Below are positions 13,301 through 25,310 of a stretch of 64,000 nt of DNA, piece after piece. The stretch's first letter is position 1. Every line of letters begins with the position of its first letter. This DNA comes from Camelus dromedarius (taxonomy: Eukaryota), in assembly GCF_036321535.1 (NCBI RefSeq), contig NC_087447.1, positions 46,316,001-46,380,000 on the forward strand, in the 5' to 3' direction. The position numbers and the translations under genes were made by a program. A model generated the notes under the pieces. It searched no databases, was not told the origin of the DNA, and worked only from the letters and a program-made list of their open reading frames with translations.

Positions 13301-15450
13301 CAGACTTGTTTTACGGCCCAAATACGGTCTATCTTGGTAAATATTCCATATGTACCTCTAATCAATGTTTCTGTACTTTGAGGAGTATATTATTTTATGA
13401 TTATCAGTTAGATCATGTTGATTAATGGTGTTCAAATTTATCTTTACCAATTTTTCAAATCTGGCTCTTTTATCACTTACTGACAGAACTACTAAAATCT
13501 AACTACAGTTGTGGATTTGTCTACTTTTCCTTTTAGTTCTATCAGTTTTTTTCTTTGTGTATTTTGAAGTTCTGTTATTAAATGAATACACATTTAGAAT
13601 TTTTATATATTTTTGATAAAGTGACACTTTTAGCATTATAAATGGTCCTTTTCATTCTGGACAACATTGTGCTTTTTAAGTCAATTTTGTCTAATATTAT
13701 TATAGCTACAATCGACTTTAGTCTACTTAAACAGCATAGGACATCATTTAACATTCCATCCTTTAGCATTTAAACTATCTCAGGCTTTATTTATAGTTAA
13801 TTGTTTGCAGACAGCAAAGAATTGGGCCTTGCTTAAGTATCTAGCCTGACAAATTCTGACAGTCAGTTGGAGCATTTAGTCCATTTACATTTAATGTTAT
13901 AAATATGCTTGGGTTTAAGTCTATCTATTTATTTTGTGTTTTCCTCCTTTGTTCTTTATTCCTCCTGAATTGCATTTTTGGGTTTACTTGAAAAGATACT
14001 GAAATGCCATTCTAACCCCTCTACTTGACTTTAGCTAAACTTTATATTTGTATAGGAAGCTCTGGGGTTTATCCTATATACCCCAAACTTATGACAGTCT
14101 TCCTTGAATTAATGTTATACCACATTATGTAAAGTTTAAAAATATTATAACAGTTCAAGTCTATTTACTCTGTCCTTTGTGCTATTCTTACATGTTTTAC
14201 ATAAAATATACACATATATTTACATGTAGTTCATATACATTATAAACTTCAAAATTTTTATTTAAACTACTTTAAAGAATTTAATAAGAGAAAAATAGTC
14301 TATTATTTTATGCATATGTTTACTGCTTACAGTGCTCTTCTTTTCTTCCTACAGATCCAAATTTCTATACAGTATTAGTATTCAGCATTAAGAACTTCCT
14401 TTAGCATTCTAGTATAGGTTTGTTGGAAAGAAATTCTCTCAGCTTTTACCTGAAAATATCCTTATTTTAATTTCATTTTTGACAATTTTTTGCTAGCTTT
14501 AAAATTCTAGATTGACAGATTTATTTTTCCTTTTAGCACTTTAAACATGTTGTTCCTTTGGGTTTTGGCCTCATTTTTTAATGCAAGTCAGTCGTCATTC
14601 TTTTCATTGTTCACATATTTGTAATGTACCTTTTTCAACGTATGTTACTTTTTTTCTTTTCTTTGGTTTTCATCAGTTTGACTTTGATATGTCAATGTGT
14701 AATTTTCTTTTTATTCAGTTTGCTTGGGGCTCACTGAATTTTCTAAGTCTACGGGTTAACTTTGTAATTAAATTTTGAAAAATGTTTTCAGTTAGTTCAG
14801 CAAGTATTTTTCTGCCCCATTATCTTTCTACTCCTCCTGGGACTTCAATCACATATATGTCAGACTACTTGATAAAGATTTCTTTATCCACTTATTTTAA
14901 TTCTTTTCTCTCTGTGTTTCTATTAACTGATTACTAAAATATTGGATACTTTCTATTGATTTGTCTTCAGGTTCACTGACCCTTTCTTTTTCATTGTCCA
15001 GTCTGATTTCACTCCCAACTATGATTTTTTTTACTTCAGATATTATATTTTCAGATTTAGAACTTTTATTTGACTCTTTTATACAGCTTCTAAATTTCTC
15101 CTGAAATCCCCATATCATCACCCATTTATGCATCTTTTCCCATAGATTTTTATACTATTTTTATAGTCATATTAAAATATTTGTCAGCTATTTACAAAAT
15201 GTGGGTTATCAAAAGTCTCTTTCTGTTGACTTTTTTCTCTTGATTATGCTTTTTTCATATGTTTAGTAATTTTCCAATGTATACTGGACATTGGTAAATG
15301 ACATATTGAAAAGTCTCTGGATCCTGTTATCTTTCTTTGGGGAGTATTTAATTTTTGTTAGCAGGCATAGTTAACTTATTAATAGGTCAATGATCTTGAT
15401 CCTATAACGTTTAACTTCAGGCTCTGTTAAAACTAATCTATTTCATTTTT
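10352..15450 (-). mobile_element. Ancient near-full-length L1 (L1MC/L1ME-like), degraded
   Basis: T-rich antisense L1 running from the 3' end at 10352 through ORF2 remnants (ILDKIDLKS, 13578-13769) to ORF1 coiled-coil remnants (ERVSEPEDKSIE, 14897-15133). Confidence 0.8.
10857..11066 (+). mobile_element. Short 5'-truncated L1 3' end nested in the older L1
   Basis: gtatagcacagggaa..tgaatcactatgttgtatacctgaaac L1 3' UTR; degenerate TSD aaacagtaggtgtat (10842-10856) / aaaaggtaggggtat (11067-11081). Confidence 0.75.
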
Positions 15451-16317
15451 ACTCTTAGTCCAAGAACATAGATAGCCCATAGTACTGGGATGTACTTGCC
15501 CTTCGCCTTTCTGAGGTTTTAATCAGAGACTAAAATGTTACCAATTTCTCCCAACTTGGTTTATTTTAAGTATCAAATTCTGTCTTCGTAATACCAGGAA
15601 TTGAAGGAAATTGCTGAACACAGGGACACTACTCTAAATAAAGATACAGTTCAGTGACATTCTTAGTTGCAGTCTCCTTGACCTTATAATACAGGAAGAA
15701 TTACACCTGGTGGCCAGGATCATTGCACTTTCTTCTTTCATCCCTGTCCAGCTGATCCATCAGAACATGCACTGCTTGACTGTCGCATCTTCTTCTCAGA
15801 TCTACCAGTCTCCCCCACCTGAGGGTCAGCTTTCTGGCCCCCTTGGTCCCTTTATCCATTCTGATACCCACTATTTAAGCATCCTCCCAGCAGGATTAGG
15901 AGTCCAAGACTTTCTTACTACACTACTTTTCTCTGTTTTGTAACACCAATATGCCAGGGGCTAACATTGTGTCTTATTTAAATGAGCGATTAGATGGGCT
16001 TAAACAGGTTACTGCTTCTAATAAATGTTTTGAAGAAAGGAGGGGCTATAAGATTACTGCCTGGTCCATCTCAAGAATCAAAAGACAGATACTAGATGTC
16101 TTGGTGGCTGTAACTAGAATAATGTCCTTGTGAAGCGGATCAGGACAACATCCACTGAGTTTTTCCAAGAAATTACGGTAGTTTCCAAAGTCACATGATT
16201 GGCATACAGAGCCCAAGCAACACCAGGATATAAGGTCAGAAGAGGAAAAGACAGTGAAAGAAAAAGAGAGAAAGAGAGAGAGAGATAAGAAACTGATGAC
16301 ATAAAAATACGCATAGG

Positions 16318-19109
16318 GGAGAGAGACCAATGTGGCAGCTCACCTTCTCCCATAAATACATCAAAAATACACCTAATGTGGGACAATTCTCACAGAATAT
16401 CTACTGAACCCTGGCAGAAGATCTTATACAACCAAAGCTGCAAGAAAGATCAGCAGATAACTGAGTAGGACAAAAGAAAAATAAAGAAATCAGGACAGGA
16501 CCTGTTCCCCTGGGAGGGAGTGTGAAAGAGGAAAAGTTCCCTCACCCTGGGAACCCCCTTCACTGGCTAGGAGATTAGCCAGGATAGACAAGGAGATTCA
16601 GAGGCTCAGAGGAGAGTGCAGCAACAGTGGAGGGTTGCAGCAGGCAAAATAGAGAGAGACCAGCATAGACAACGCTGGCCACTTCCCTGTACTGCCCAGC
16701 CCAAGACGCATGTCTGCTGGTGTGCAGAGGGAACTGAGTGCTGAAACTCTAGCTTTAGCAGAGGAACCTTAGGAGAGAACTGGGATTGGCTACAGACAGT
16801 CCCAAGGGGTCGAAGCATGATCCGGGCCACAACTGTGAATGTGCTCAAGACAGAGCCCAGGACCAGGATAGAAGTCCCACTGTTAGTGCATACATGGTGG
16901 AGAGACCCACCATAGCAGCTTCACTCTCCCCATGCTTACAGAGGGCACAGCTCTACCTCTGAGTGCTGGGAGCCTGCAAGCACCAGCAGGTTGCCCACAT
17001 GCAGAGGCAGAGCTGAAGTCCAAACTGAAACTGGGGGCTACTGGACTTTGGAAGCAGTATTGAAATCTGAGCCATGTCCCCACTATGGCAAATTTACACC
17101 ACTGCATGCGGGACATCTGAGCAAATCACTGTTACTCACATGGCTGGAGCGAGTCCAACATTAGCAGCTACAGGCTTTGTGGGTGATCACATACAGAAGT
17201 GGGGCTGGAGTCTGCGCTGGTTCCTTAGCTTCCAGGTGCATGACTACTGGGAGTCCCAGTGCCTGACTTTGGCGGATCTGCCTGCAGATTTGTGATGGTG
17301 GCTTTGATGATTACAGCACGTGAAAGATATCCAGGATGACTGCCTGCCTTCCCACAGCTGAGGCAGGGCCAAGGGCAGTGTGAACAAAAGTGTACGTTGT
17401 GAGCTTGGAAAACGAGTGACAGGCAACACCACAGAGTACATCTCCCAGTGGACAGCTCCTGCAGAAGAATACTTAGTGGCTGCCATTCCAGCAGAAGTGT
17501 TCCAGTCCTGCCGACCTCACAGCACAGCTCAGAAATGGATATGGGGGCTTCTATTCCAACAACTGGGTAGCAGACCCTACTTCTAACAGGTAGGTAACAA
17601 CCACAGAGCAAAGAGGAGGCCCCTCTTAACACCTAGAGCAGGGTTTTGTCACCACAATACCAATCACCTCCTTTCAAGGAGATAATGGCCAGCAAACACT
17701 GAGGGAAGATGTGACAGGCATCCATACTAAAAACAGCCCTTACAATAAAAATATTAGATGCATGCAGGCTGCAGAGGAATGCTGCCCTTCAAGACCACAG
17801 TAGATAACTGTTTCTCCTAAACTCATAGAGTCAGATAAACATAAGCAAAATGAAGCACAGGAAGCACTGCCAATTAAAAGAATAAGAGAAATCTGCTGAA
17901 AGAATAAACAATGAAACAGACCACTCCAGTCTACCAGATCCTGAGTTCAAAAAGGAGTTAATTTAAAAACTGAAGGAATTAAGAAAAGCTATCCATAGAA
18001 ACTCAGATCACTGTAACAATGAACTAGAAACTATAAAGAGGAGCCAATTAAAATTAGAAAACTCATATGCTGAGACAAAAGCCAAGCTAAAGGCAATAAA
18101 CAGCAAACTAAATAATGCAGAATAATGAACAAGTGATCTTGAAGACAGAAAATCAGAACAGCAGACAGAAAGAGAAATAAAAATAAATAAATAAAAGCAC
18201 AATACGAGACCATGGGATAATATAAAGTGAGCCAATTTATCCCTAATAGGAAACCCAGAAGGAGAAGAAAGAGAAAAGGGTATTTAAAATGTATTTGAAG
18301 AAATTTTGGTGGAAAACTTCCCAAGCCTAATGAAGGAATCAGATATCCAGGTACAGGAAGCATAGAGGGTCCCAAACAAGATGAATCCAAACAGACCTAC
18401 ACCAATACATATTAAAATGACAAAATTTAAAGATTAAGAGAGGGTTCTAAAGGCAGCAAGAGAAAAACAACGAGTTAGTCACAAGGGACTCTCCATAAGG
18501 CTCTCAGCTGATTCCTCTACATAAACATTGCAGGCCAGATGAGAGTGGCAAATATATTCAAAGTCCTGAAAGGGAAAAATCTGTAACCTACAGATACTCT
18601 ACCCAGAAAGATTATCACTTAGAATAGAAGGAGAGGTAAAACATTTCTCAGACAAGTAAAAACTAAAAGAATACAGCAATACTAAAGCTATATTAAAAGA
18701 ACTATTGAAAGGTCTTCTCTAAACAAAAAAGAAGCAAGAATCCATAGGAAAGAGAAAATCACAATTGGAAAGGAAATCACTTAAATAAGCCAGTACACAC
18801 ATGGAAGTGACAAGAAAGCAGGGGCAACAATACTTATATTAGACAAAATAGACTTTAAAACAAAGGCCATAAATAAAGACAAAGGACACTATATAATGAT
18901 AAGAGGATCAATACAAGAAGAAGGTACTACACTCGTTAACACATATGCACCCAACATAGGAACCCCTATACACATAAAACAAATACTAACAGACATAAAG
19001 GGAGAAATTGATGGAAATCCAATAATAGTAGATTTTTAGCACCTCACTAACATCAATGGAAAGATCTTCCAGGCAGAAAATCAATAAGGCAACAGAGATC
19101 CTAAATGAT

Positions 19110-19158
<49 letters not shown>

Positions 19159-19247
19159 TACACATAGACCTGAATCACTTTGCTGTACACCAGAAACTAA
19201 CACAACATTGTAAATCAACTATACTTCAATAAAAATAAATAAATAAA
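16318..19247 (+). mobile_element. L1 with 5' UTR, degenerate ORF1, partial endonuclease and 3' end (large internal deletion)
   Basis: 5' UTR (ctcaccttctcccataaatacatcaaaaatac), ORF1 about 17850-18722, ORF2 EN fragment 18801-19110, then (CA)n and the terminal tgaatcactttgctgtacaccagaaac..aataaa. Confidence 0.85.
19110..19166. repeat. (CA)n microsatellite
   Basis: Interrupted CA run of about 55 nt. Confidence 0.95.
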
Positions 19248-19399
19248 GGCAAATGCCTAAAGTGGGCATTGCTGCAAACCTACCCAGCCTCCTGTGATAG
19301 AAGTGCTCAAACAGATTGATCGGGTTCACATCTCAAAAATATCAGGTAGATGACACCAATAAAATTAAGGGATCTGTGAAACGATCACCCCAATCTAGG

Positions 19400-19660
19400 C
19401 CATAAACATATCCATTACCTCCAAAAGTTTTCCTCTTGCATTTTTTATTTGTTATTATTTTTCTCTTTGATAAGAACACTTAACGTAAGATCTACCCTCT
19501 CAGAAAAAATTTAAGATACAATACGGTATTGTTAACTACAGGCCCTATGCTGTACAGATGATCTCTTATTTCCAAGCTCATCAAGATGTATGCATTAAAT
19601 ATGCACAGCTTTTTATATGTCAATTATACCTCAATAAAGTGTTTTTCTTTAAATGAATCA
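19400..19660. mobile_element. Old L1 3'-end fragments in opposite orientations
   Basis: gataagaacacttaacgtaagatctaccctct (antisense L1MA-type) followed by tatgtcaattatacctcaataaag (sense L1 tail). Confidence 0.6.
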
Positions 19661-20701
19661 ATAAAAAGAAGCATCCCAAAGGAGAAAGGAAAAAAATAAT
19701 TAAGATCTGAAAAATCCGAGCTGTTAATGCTGCAGAAATTCATTTCATTGTCTCATGCATGGGAACGGCTCACCCGTCAGCAGTTACTATGTACTGGCAT
19801 CAGAATAATTGTGAAAATTAATATTTACATCTTTACAAATCATAGTTGATAGAGTTGGCAGTTTTAAAGATGTAGAAACTTAGTAAATCTTGGGTGAAAT
19901 GCTTTCTTAAAAGATAAAATCATGGAACCTAGCACCAAGTGTGGGTTTTTCCCTCATGTGGCTCTAGTGCAGGCTAAGAAAGTTGATCTAATCATAATTT
20001 CAAATACTTAATCATAAGAAAATCTGAATAGTCAGTGAGCAGCTTTCCTGGGCTTGGCTTTCTCTCTAGCTCAAAGCAGAGACACACATGAAGAGAACCA
20101 CAAGAAAACGACCACGCCCTAAGATACAAATAAGTGCTAGAGAAATTCAGCGTGTACAGTGTTGTCCTAGTGTTTCCCACCAGCCACTCACTTTTTGTAT
20201 TTCTTGGTGTATGAGCTGGTTTATATTAAATGGGGGAGAAGAGTGCCAGTATTAAGGTGACTGTAGCTTACTTATACACAATATTCTTATTACACATAAT
20301 ATAATAGGAATATAGTTCTTCCTTGAAATGAAATAGTCGGGGGTGGGAAATCCAGTGGGGAAAGGAAAGAAGTGTCTGCACAAATAGATATGCACACACA
20401 TCTTCTCAGTCAGTGTGGTTAAGTCCCCTAGGCAAGGAGACATTGCAGTATATCTGAATCTGAAATAGTTCAGCTCTGATTGGAGCTATGGGAGGATTAG
20501 CAAGGTGATACTTCACTATGCTTTCCACTGGTCTCAGTCCCCCAAAACTATGATTATAGAAACTGACAGTGCCCCACAAAAGGCTCAACAGTAAGATCTG
20601 AACCATTCAGAAACCTCAAAAATTAACTCTCACCACTAGTCTTCCCCTACCCCAAGACCCAGGTTGACCCACAAGGGCTGTGTGCCACGGGTCCTGCTGT
20701 T

Positions 20702-21703
20702 CTACGAGACATCAACCCTTTTCTGCTGCAAGCGCTTTAGGAGGCCCCGGCGGATCTGCTTAGACTTGATGCAGTAGACAATGGGGTTCATGAAGGGTGG
20801 AACCAAGAAGTGCAGGTTGGCCATGAGCACTGCCAGAGCAGGGTAGTTGTCCTTCTCTACTCGGTGCAACACAGACAGCCCCAGTTTGGGCAAGTAAAAG
20901 ATGAGAACAATGCAGAGGTGTGAGATACATGTATTGAGTGCCTTTAGTCGTTCCCCAGGTGATGCAATGCTCAGCACAGTCCGTAGGATCAAGACATAGG
21001 AGAGCATGATAAGGGAGGAATCAAAGCCCAATGAGAGGAGGATGGAGACCAGGCCCACCAGGCTGTTGACCTGAGTGTCTGAGCAGGCCAGTCCCACAAG
21101 GTCACAGTGCAGGCAGTAGCAGTGAGAGAGTACACTGATCTGGGGAAAGAGCAGACGCCGCAGGAGGAGGGGTCCCGGGAGATTCAGCAGGACAGCCCTC
21201 ACCATGATGGTAGCCCCGACTTTGGCCATGGCTGAATGGGTAAGCATTGGGGCATAGTGCAGAGGGTCCCGGATAGCAACAAAGCGATCAAAGGCCATGG
21301 CCAGCAGCACACCAGATTCCACATAGGTGAAGGTGTGGATGAAGAACATCTGTGTTGCACAGAGATCCAAGGGCAGCTCACGAGCACCCAGCCAGAAGAG
21401 CTGCACCATGGTGGGGAAGGTGGAGGCACAGAGGCCCAGGTCTGAGGCTGCCAACATGGACAGGAAGATGTACATAGGTTCGTGTAAGGCTGGATCTGTG
21501 CGGATCAGGAAGAGAATGTTGCTGTTACCCAGGATGGAAACCACACAGACAAGGTTGATGGGAATGGACACCCAGTGGTGAGAAGCTTCCAGGCCTGGAA
21601 AGCCAGTGAGGAGGAAGGTGGAATGACCAGAAGTGCTGGTGTTGCAGGAGAACACAGAGATTCCAGGAGGGAGTTGTCCACCCTGTAAGTAAGAGGCATT
21701 CAT
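20702..21703 (-). CDS. OR51R1: Class I olfactory receptor, family 51 (OR51R1-like); 333 aa from the first ATG, start codon uncertain
   Basis: Open frame with LHEPMYIFL, MAFDRFVAIRDPLHY, HCYCLHCDLVGLAC, KALNTCISH, PPFMNPIVYCIKSKQIR. The expected N-terminus (xFSCNTS, with the glycosylation site) starts at GTG 21655-21653 rather than ATG. Symbol assigned by synteny. Confidence 0.82.
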   Translation of the reverse strand: MNASYLQGGQLPPGISVFSCNTSTSGHSTFLLTGFPGLEASHHWVSIPINLVCVVSILGNSNILFLIRTDPALHEPMYIFLSMLAASDLGLCASTFPTMVQLFWLGARELPLDLCATQMFFIHTFTYVESGVLLAMAFDRFVAIRDPLHYAPMLTHSAMAKVGATIMVRAVLLNLPGPLLLRRLLFPQISVLSHCYCLHCDLVGLACSDTQVNSLVGLVSILLSLGFDSSLIMLSYVLILRTVLSIASPGERLKALNTCISHLCIVLIFYLPKLGLSVLHRVEKDNYPALAVLMANLHFLVPPFMNPIVYCIKSKQIRRGLLKRLQQKRVDVS

Positions 21704-23409
21704 TCATTTGATCACCATTTATAAAGTCTCTACTAAGCACTAAGGGCTGGAAGGAAGAGCTGCCCCATTTTCCTCTCTCAGGCCATGAGAGAAACCTCAT
21801 TCCTCTGAGGAGCTCCATTCCCCTCCACTCCCTGGATGATTCAATCTTCTCCTCAAATAAAGTGATGTTGAAAAAATTTTATGAACTGATCTCTGCTTAT
21901 TGCTTTAGCCACTCAGTATCTATCTTCTCTCTGCCCTAAACAACCTCCTTATTTACTGAAGCTATACCCAAAAGCCTATCTCCAAAATGCTCTCTCAGAC
22001 TACATAATGAAGAAAGGAGAATAATTGTCGAAATTTAGGATGACTCCAGTTTAGACTCCATTTCTACATATTCTTAGAGGCAGGTTTTCCACAATCCAAT
22101 ACATCTGTTAACAAATACACCAAAAGGGACATATTCAAACAAATGACGTATATTCAAAACTATCCTCTGAGGAGGCTGGTTGTTTTTACCTCTGGTGCTG
22201 TTATGGAAACATTTTCTGTATTTCTATTCTGCAAAAGCCTTTGGGGCCCAAAGTTCTTTCCAATGGGCTCAATGGTGACAAATTTCTCTCCTGTGAAGGT
22301 GGGTTGGTCTAGAGGAAGTATTCAGGAGTTCTTTAAAGTTAAATCAGGTAAACCAGATGGGAACTCAGATGACTCACTTTTATTAAACTCCTCTACCCCA
22401 ACTCCACCTCCACCTCACTAGATGCTTAAAACTTGCACATTTACTTCTGACCCTGCCTTTGAGACAGTCCTGTGGCCACAGACTTCATTAGAAGGCACTC
22501 TCCTCTTAAATATCTTTTTCCTCCAGCCCTCTTACCACAAAATCTGTTATGACAGTACCAGAGTTGGAGGCAGAAGGGTGAAGCTGACAGGTCTTGAGGG
22601 GTACCACCTGAAGGGTCAGGCAGAGAAGCATGAACAAGGACGCAGAGTGTCATGTGTGCCCTCATCTATTCCCATTACTTCGCATAATACTTCTGGGCTA
22701 CACCGCCTCCCCAACTTCTTTCCTCTGCAACAGGAGTGTATCTCCATTTGTCTATTAAGTATCTTCACATTGCATTGTAAATTGAAGGTCCTGCAGAACC
22801 ACAAACTATAATTTCCTCTTTCCCCCCCACAACTCACCCTCCAATATCTGTTGGGCCTTCCTCCCTTTCCTATTATCCATAAAAATCTCCAGAAAAAAAA
22901 AAAAACAGTATATCTTTTCACTCTGTAATGTATTTCCCAATTCAACTATCTTTGAACTATCCCCTCCTTTCAGATCCCAGTGAAAATAATCTAGCCAAAA
23001 TCACCATCATCTCCCCAGATACTATAACAGCCTCCTAACTATCCCACTTTCTTCAGTCTTTCTGTACTGATTCACTTTCCAAATTTCCATTAGAATCATG
23101 ATCAGAATACTTAAGAAAAGGCAAGTATGCACATTTAAATAAGTGCATGCATAGAAAGGAAATCCAGTGATCAGATCTGTTTGGGGAAGTTGTCTCCTAT
23201 CATAACTTTGTTTAACGATCCTCACTGGTGCCTGACGCTGCATACCCAAGTCTAAGCTAGGGCTTTACACTGGGTCCCGAAGAGGAAGGACCTTGTTCAT
23301 CCTCCATCTGTAGCCTACTTGGTCACCTCTCCCCTAAACATTATAAATGCTACTTATAAGACATCTTTCTAGTCACCAAATTTACCATATATGATCATTC
23401 TTAAAATAT

Positions 23410-23615
23410 CTTTTTTGTTGAAACATAAAATACACAGAGAACAGCTTGATGAATTTCCTCAAAGGGAACACACCCATGTAACAAGCACCCAGCTCAAGCA
23501 ACAGCATATCGTCAGCCCCTCCAAGAAACCCCTTACGATCCCTTCCAGTTACTCCATCCTCTCAATGATAACCACTATTCTCACTTCTAATACCACAGAT
23601 TAATTTTGCCTGTAA
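23410..23615 (-). mobile_element. L1ME-like 3' end fragment
   Basis: acagcttgatgaattt..cacacccatgtaac..accactattctcacttctaataccacagattaattttgcctg. Confidence 0.6.
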
Positions 23616-25004
23616 GAATCATGTATCTGTCCTCCTTCATTCAACTTTACATCTCTGTATTAAAGGAATGAATAGATGGTTTGATTTATGTTTTACAACC
23701 ACTCTCTTCCTAAATTGACTTTCCATTATGTGTCAAGTACTGTGCCAGGAAAGGCTTATAGCAACGGAAGTTCACGTAAGGCAGGAATACCCTAAAGGAA
23801 CGTGCTTGTATGTTCCAGTATGAGCGTGTGCGATTCCACCCATTGATTCATAATGATGAAGAAGATTTCCAGGGCAACCAGTGCCCAAAGGGATGTAAGG
23901 CTTTAAGCCTCTGGATTTGCCAGCTGAATCCTGGGACTGAAGAAGCCCCAGTCCTGGGGCCAAAACGGAGGTTACAGAAAAATAGGCCCTGATACTGCAG
24001 CCCTAGCTTGGTGAAGACCATCAGGAGCTGGGGACCCAAGTTTTCCCCAAGCCCGTGATGCTGCTGTGCTTTAACCAAGATTAGCTCTAATAACGCTTTG
24101 CTCAGAAATAAGCTTAGCATAAACCTATCTAGGCCAGGCTCCTGTAACTGGGCAGTCGCAACCTGTCTGCAGGGTCTCTAGACCCCCAAAAACAACTCAG
24201 CCCCCCACCTCCTCCTCCTTTCTAGCAGTTTGAAGCTTTATTATGTCCTAGGGATAAACAAGGGATGTGTGGAGAGATGACCTCCCCACACTGCATACAA
24301 ACTAAGAGATGCTCAGAGGCCACTGCTTTAGTACAAGACTTAAATCCTGAAAGCTGTCAATGAAACTGAAGTCTGAGTAAAGGAATAAAATTGGAGTTCA
24401 TTATAAGGCTTTAGCTTGCTTATAGATTTAAGATCCATATAGGAAAAAATGATTATTAAATAAACCTGATCCCATCTGTCTTTTAAAAATTCTTTCCTGC
24501 ACTTAATCTCTTTAAATGTTTTTATACAGTAGATGCCCTTCAAATCTAACCATTGAAGTGTTGCCTCATTTCAAAAGTTGGCAACCAAAATCATTGATTA
24601 GATTTAACTAGTGAAGCCTGGTTATTTAAGGAAGAGATTCCAGGGTCTGGAATATCGCCAGTATTGAATAATATTCAATTTAAAATGATAGGTAGGTAGG
24701 TAGGTAGGAAGGTAGGTAGACAGTATCAATCTGGTTTAGAGGCTTGTTTGTGTAAATCACCAGGACCTGTGAATACATTGTAACTCAGCCTTCTTTGATT
24801 TTCCCTCCAGGGTTAACACAGAGAAATCTGCTAACGAGGTCTGAGATATCTGCAAATGTGATATCTCTTTAACTTTCTTGAATGTCTTAAATAGCATGCA
24901 CAGTGTATGTTCTATTAAAATCATGTGTCTCCTCATATTAGTATTTCAGAGGTTGGGATACGTTGGCCTCTTACATGTATCTTACGCAGGGTAGGCTGCA
25001 CAAA

Positions 25005-25310
25005 AGTATGTGCTCTAAACCCAGACTGCCTGGGTTAAAATCCTGGTTTTACTACTGATTAACTGACCAAGGGCAAATTTCTTAACCCCTCTATGACCTA
25101 ATGTTCTCACTGGTAAAAGAGAAAATGAGTTGTGGTGAGGTTAAGTGAGGTCATCAGGGGAACTATATTCAATATCTTGTAATAGCTTATAATGAAAAAC
25201 AATATGATATGGAATATATATGTGTATATATATAACTGAATCACTATGCTGTACACCAGAAATTAACACATTGTAAACAGACTATACTTCAATAAGAATA
25301 AATAAATCAC
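25005..25310 (+). mobile_element. MIR with a short L1 3' end (about 25156-25305)
   Basis: ccagactgcctgggttaaaatcctgg..gggcaaatttcttaaccc (MIR), then agggaactatattcaatatcttgtaata..ctgaatcactatgctgtacaccagaaattaacac (L1 tail). Confidence 0.65.

Noticed and set aside
23772..24120. Possible upstream coding exon for OR51R1
   Set aside because: A ccccag acceptor exists on the minus strand, but I found no good donor that gives an ATG in phase with the OR frame.
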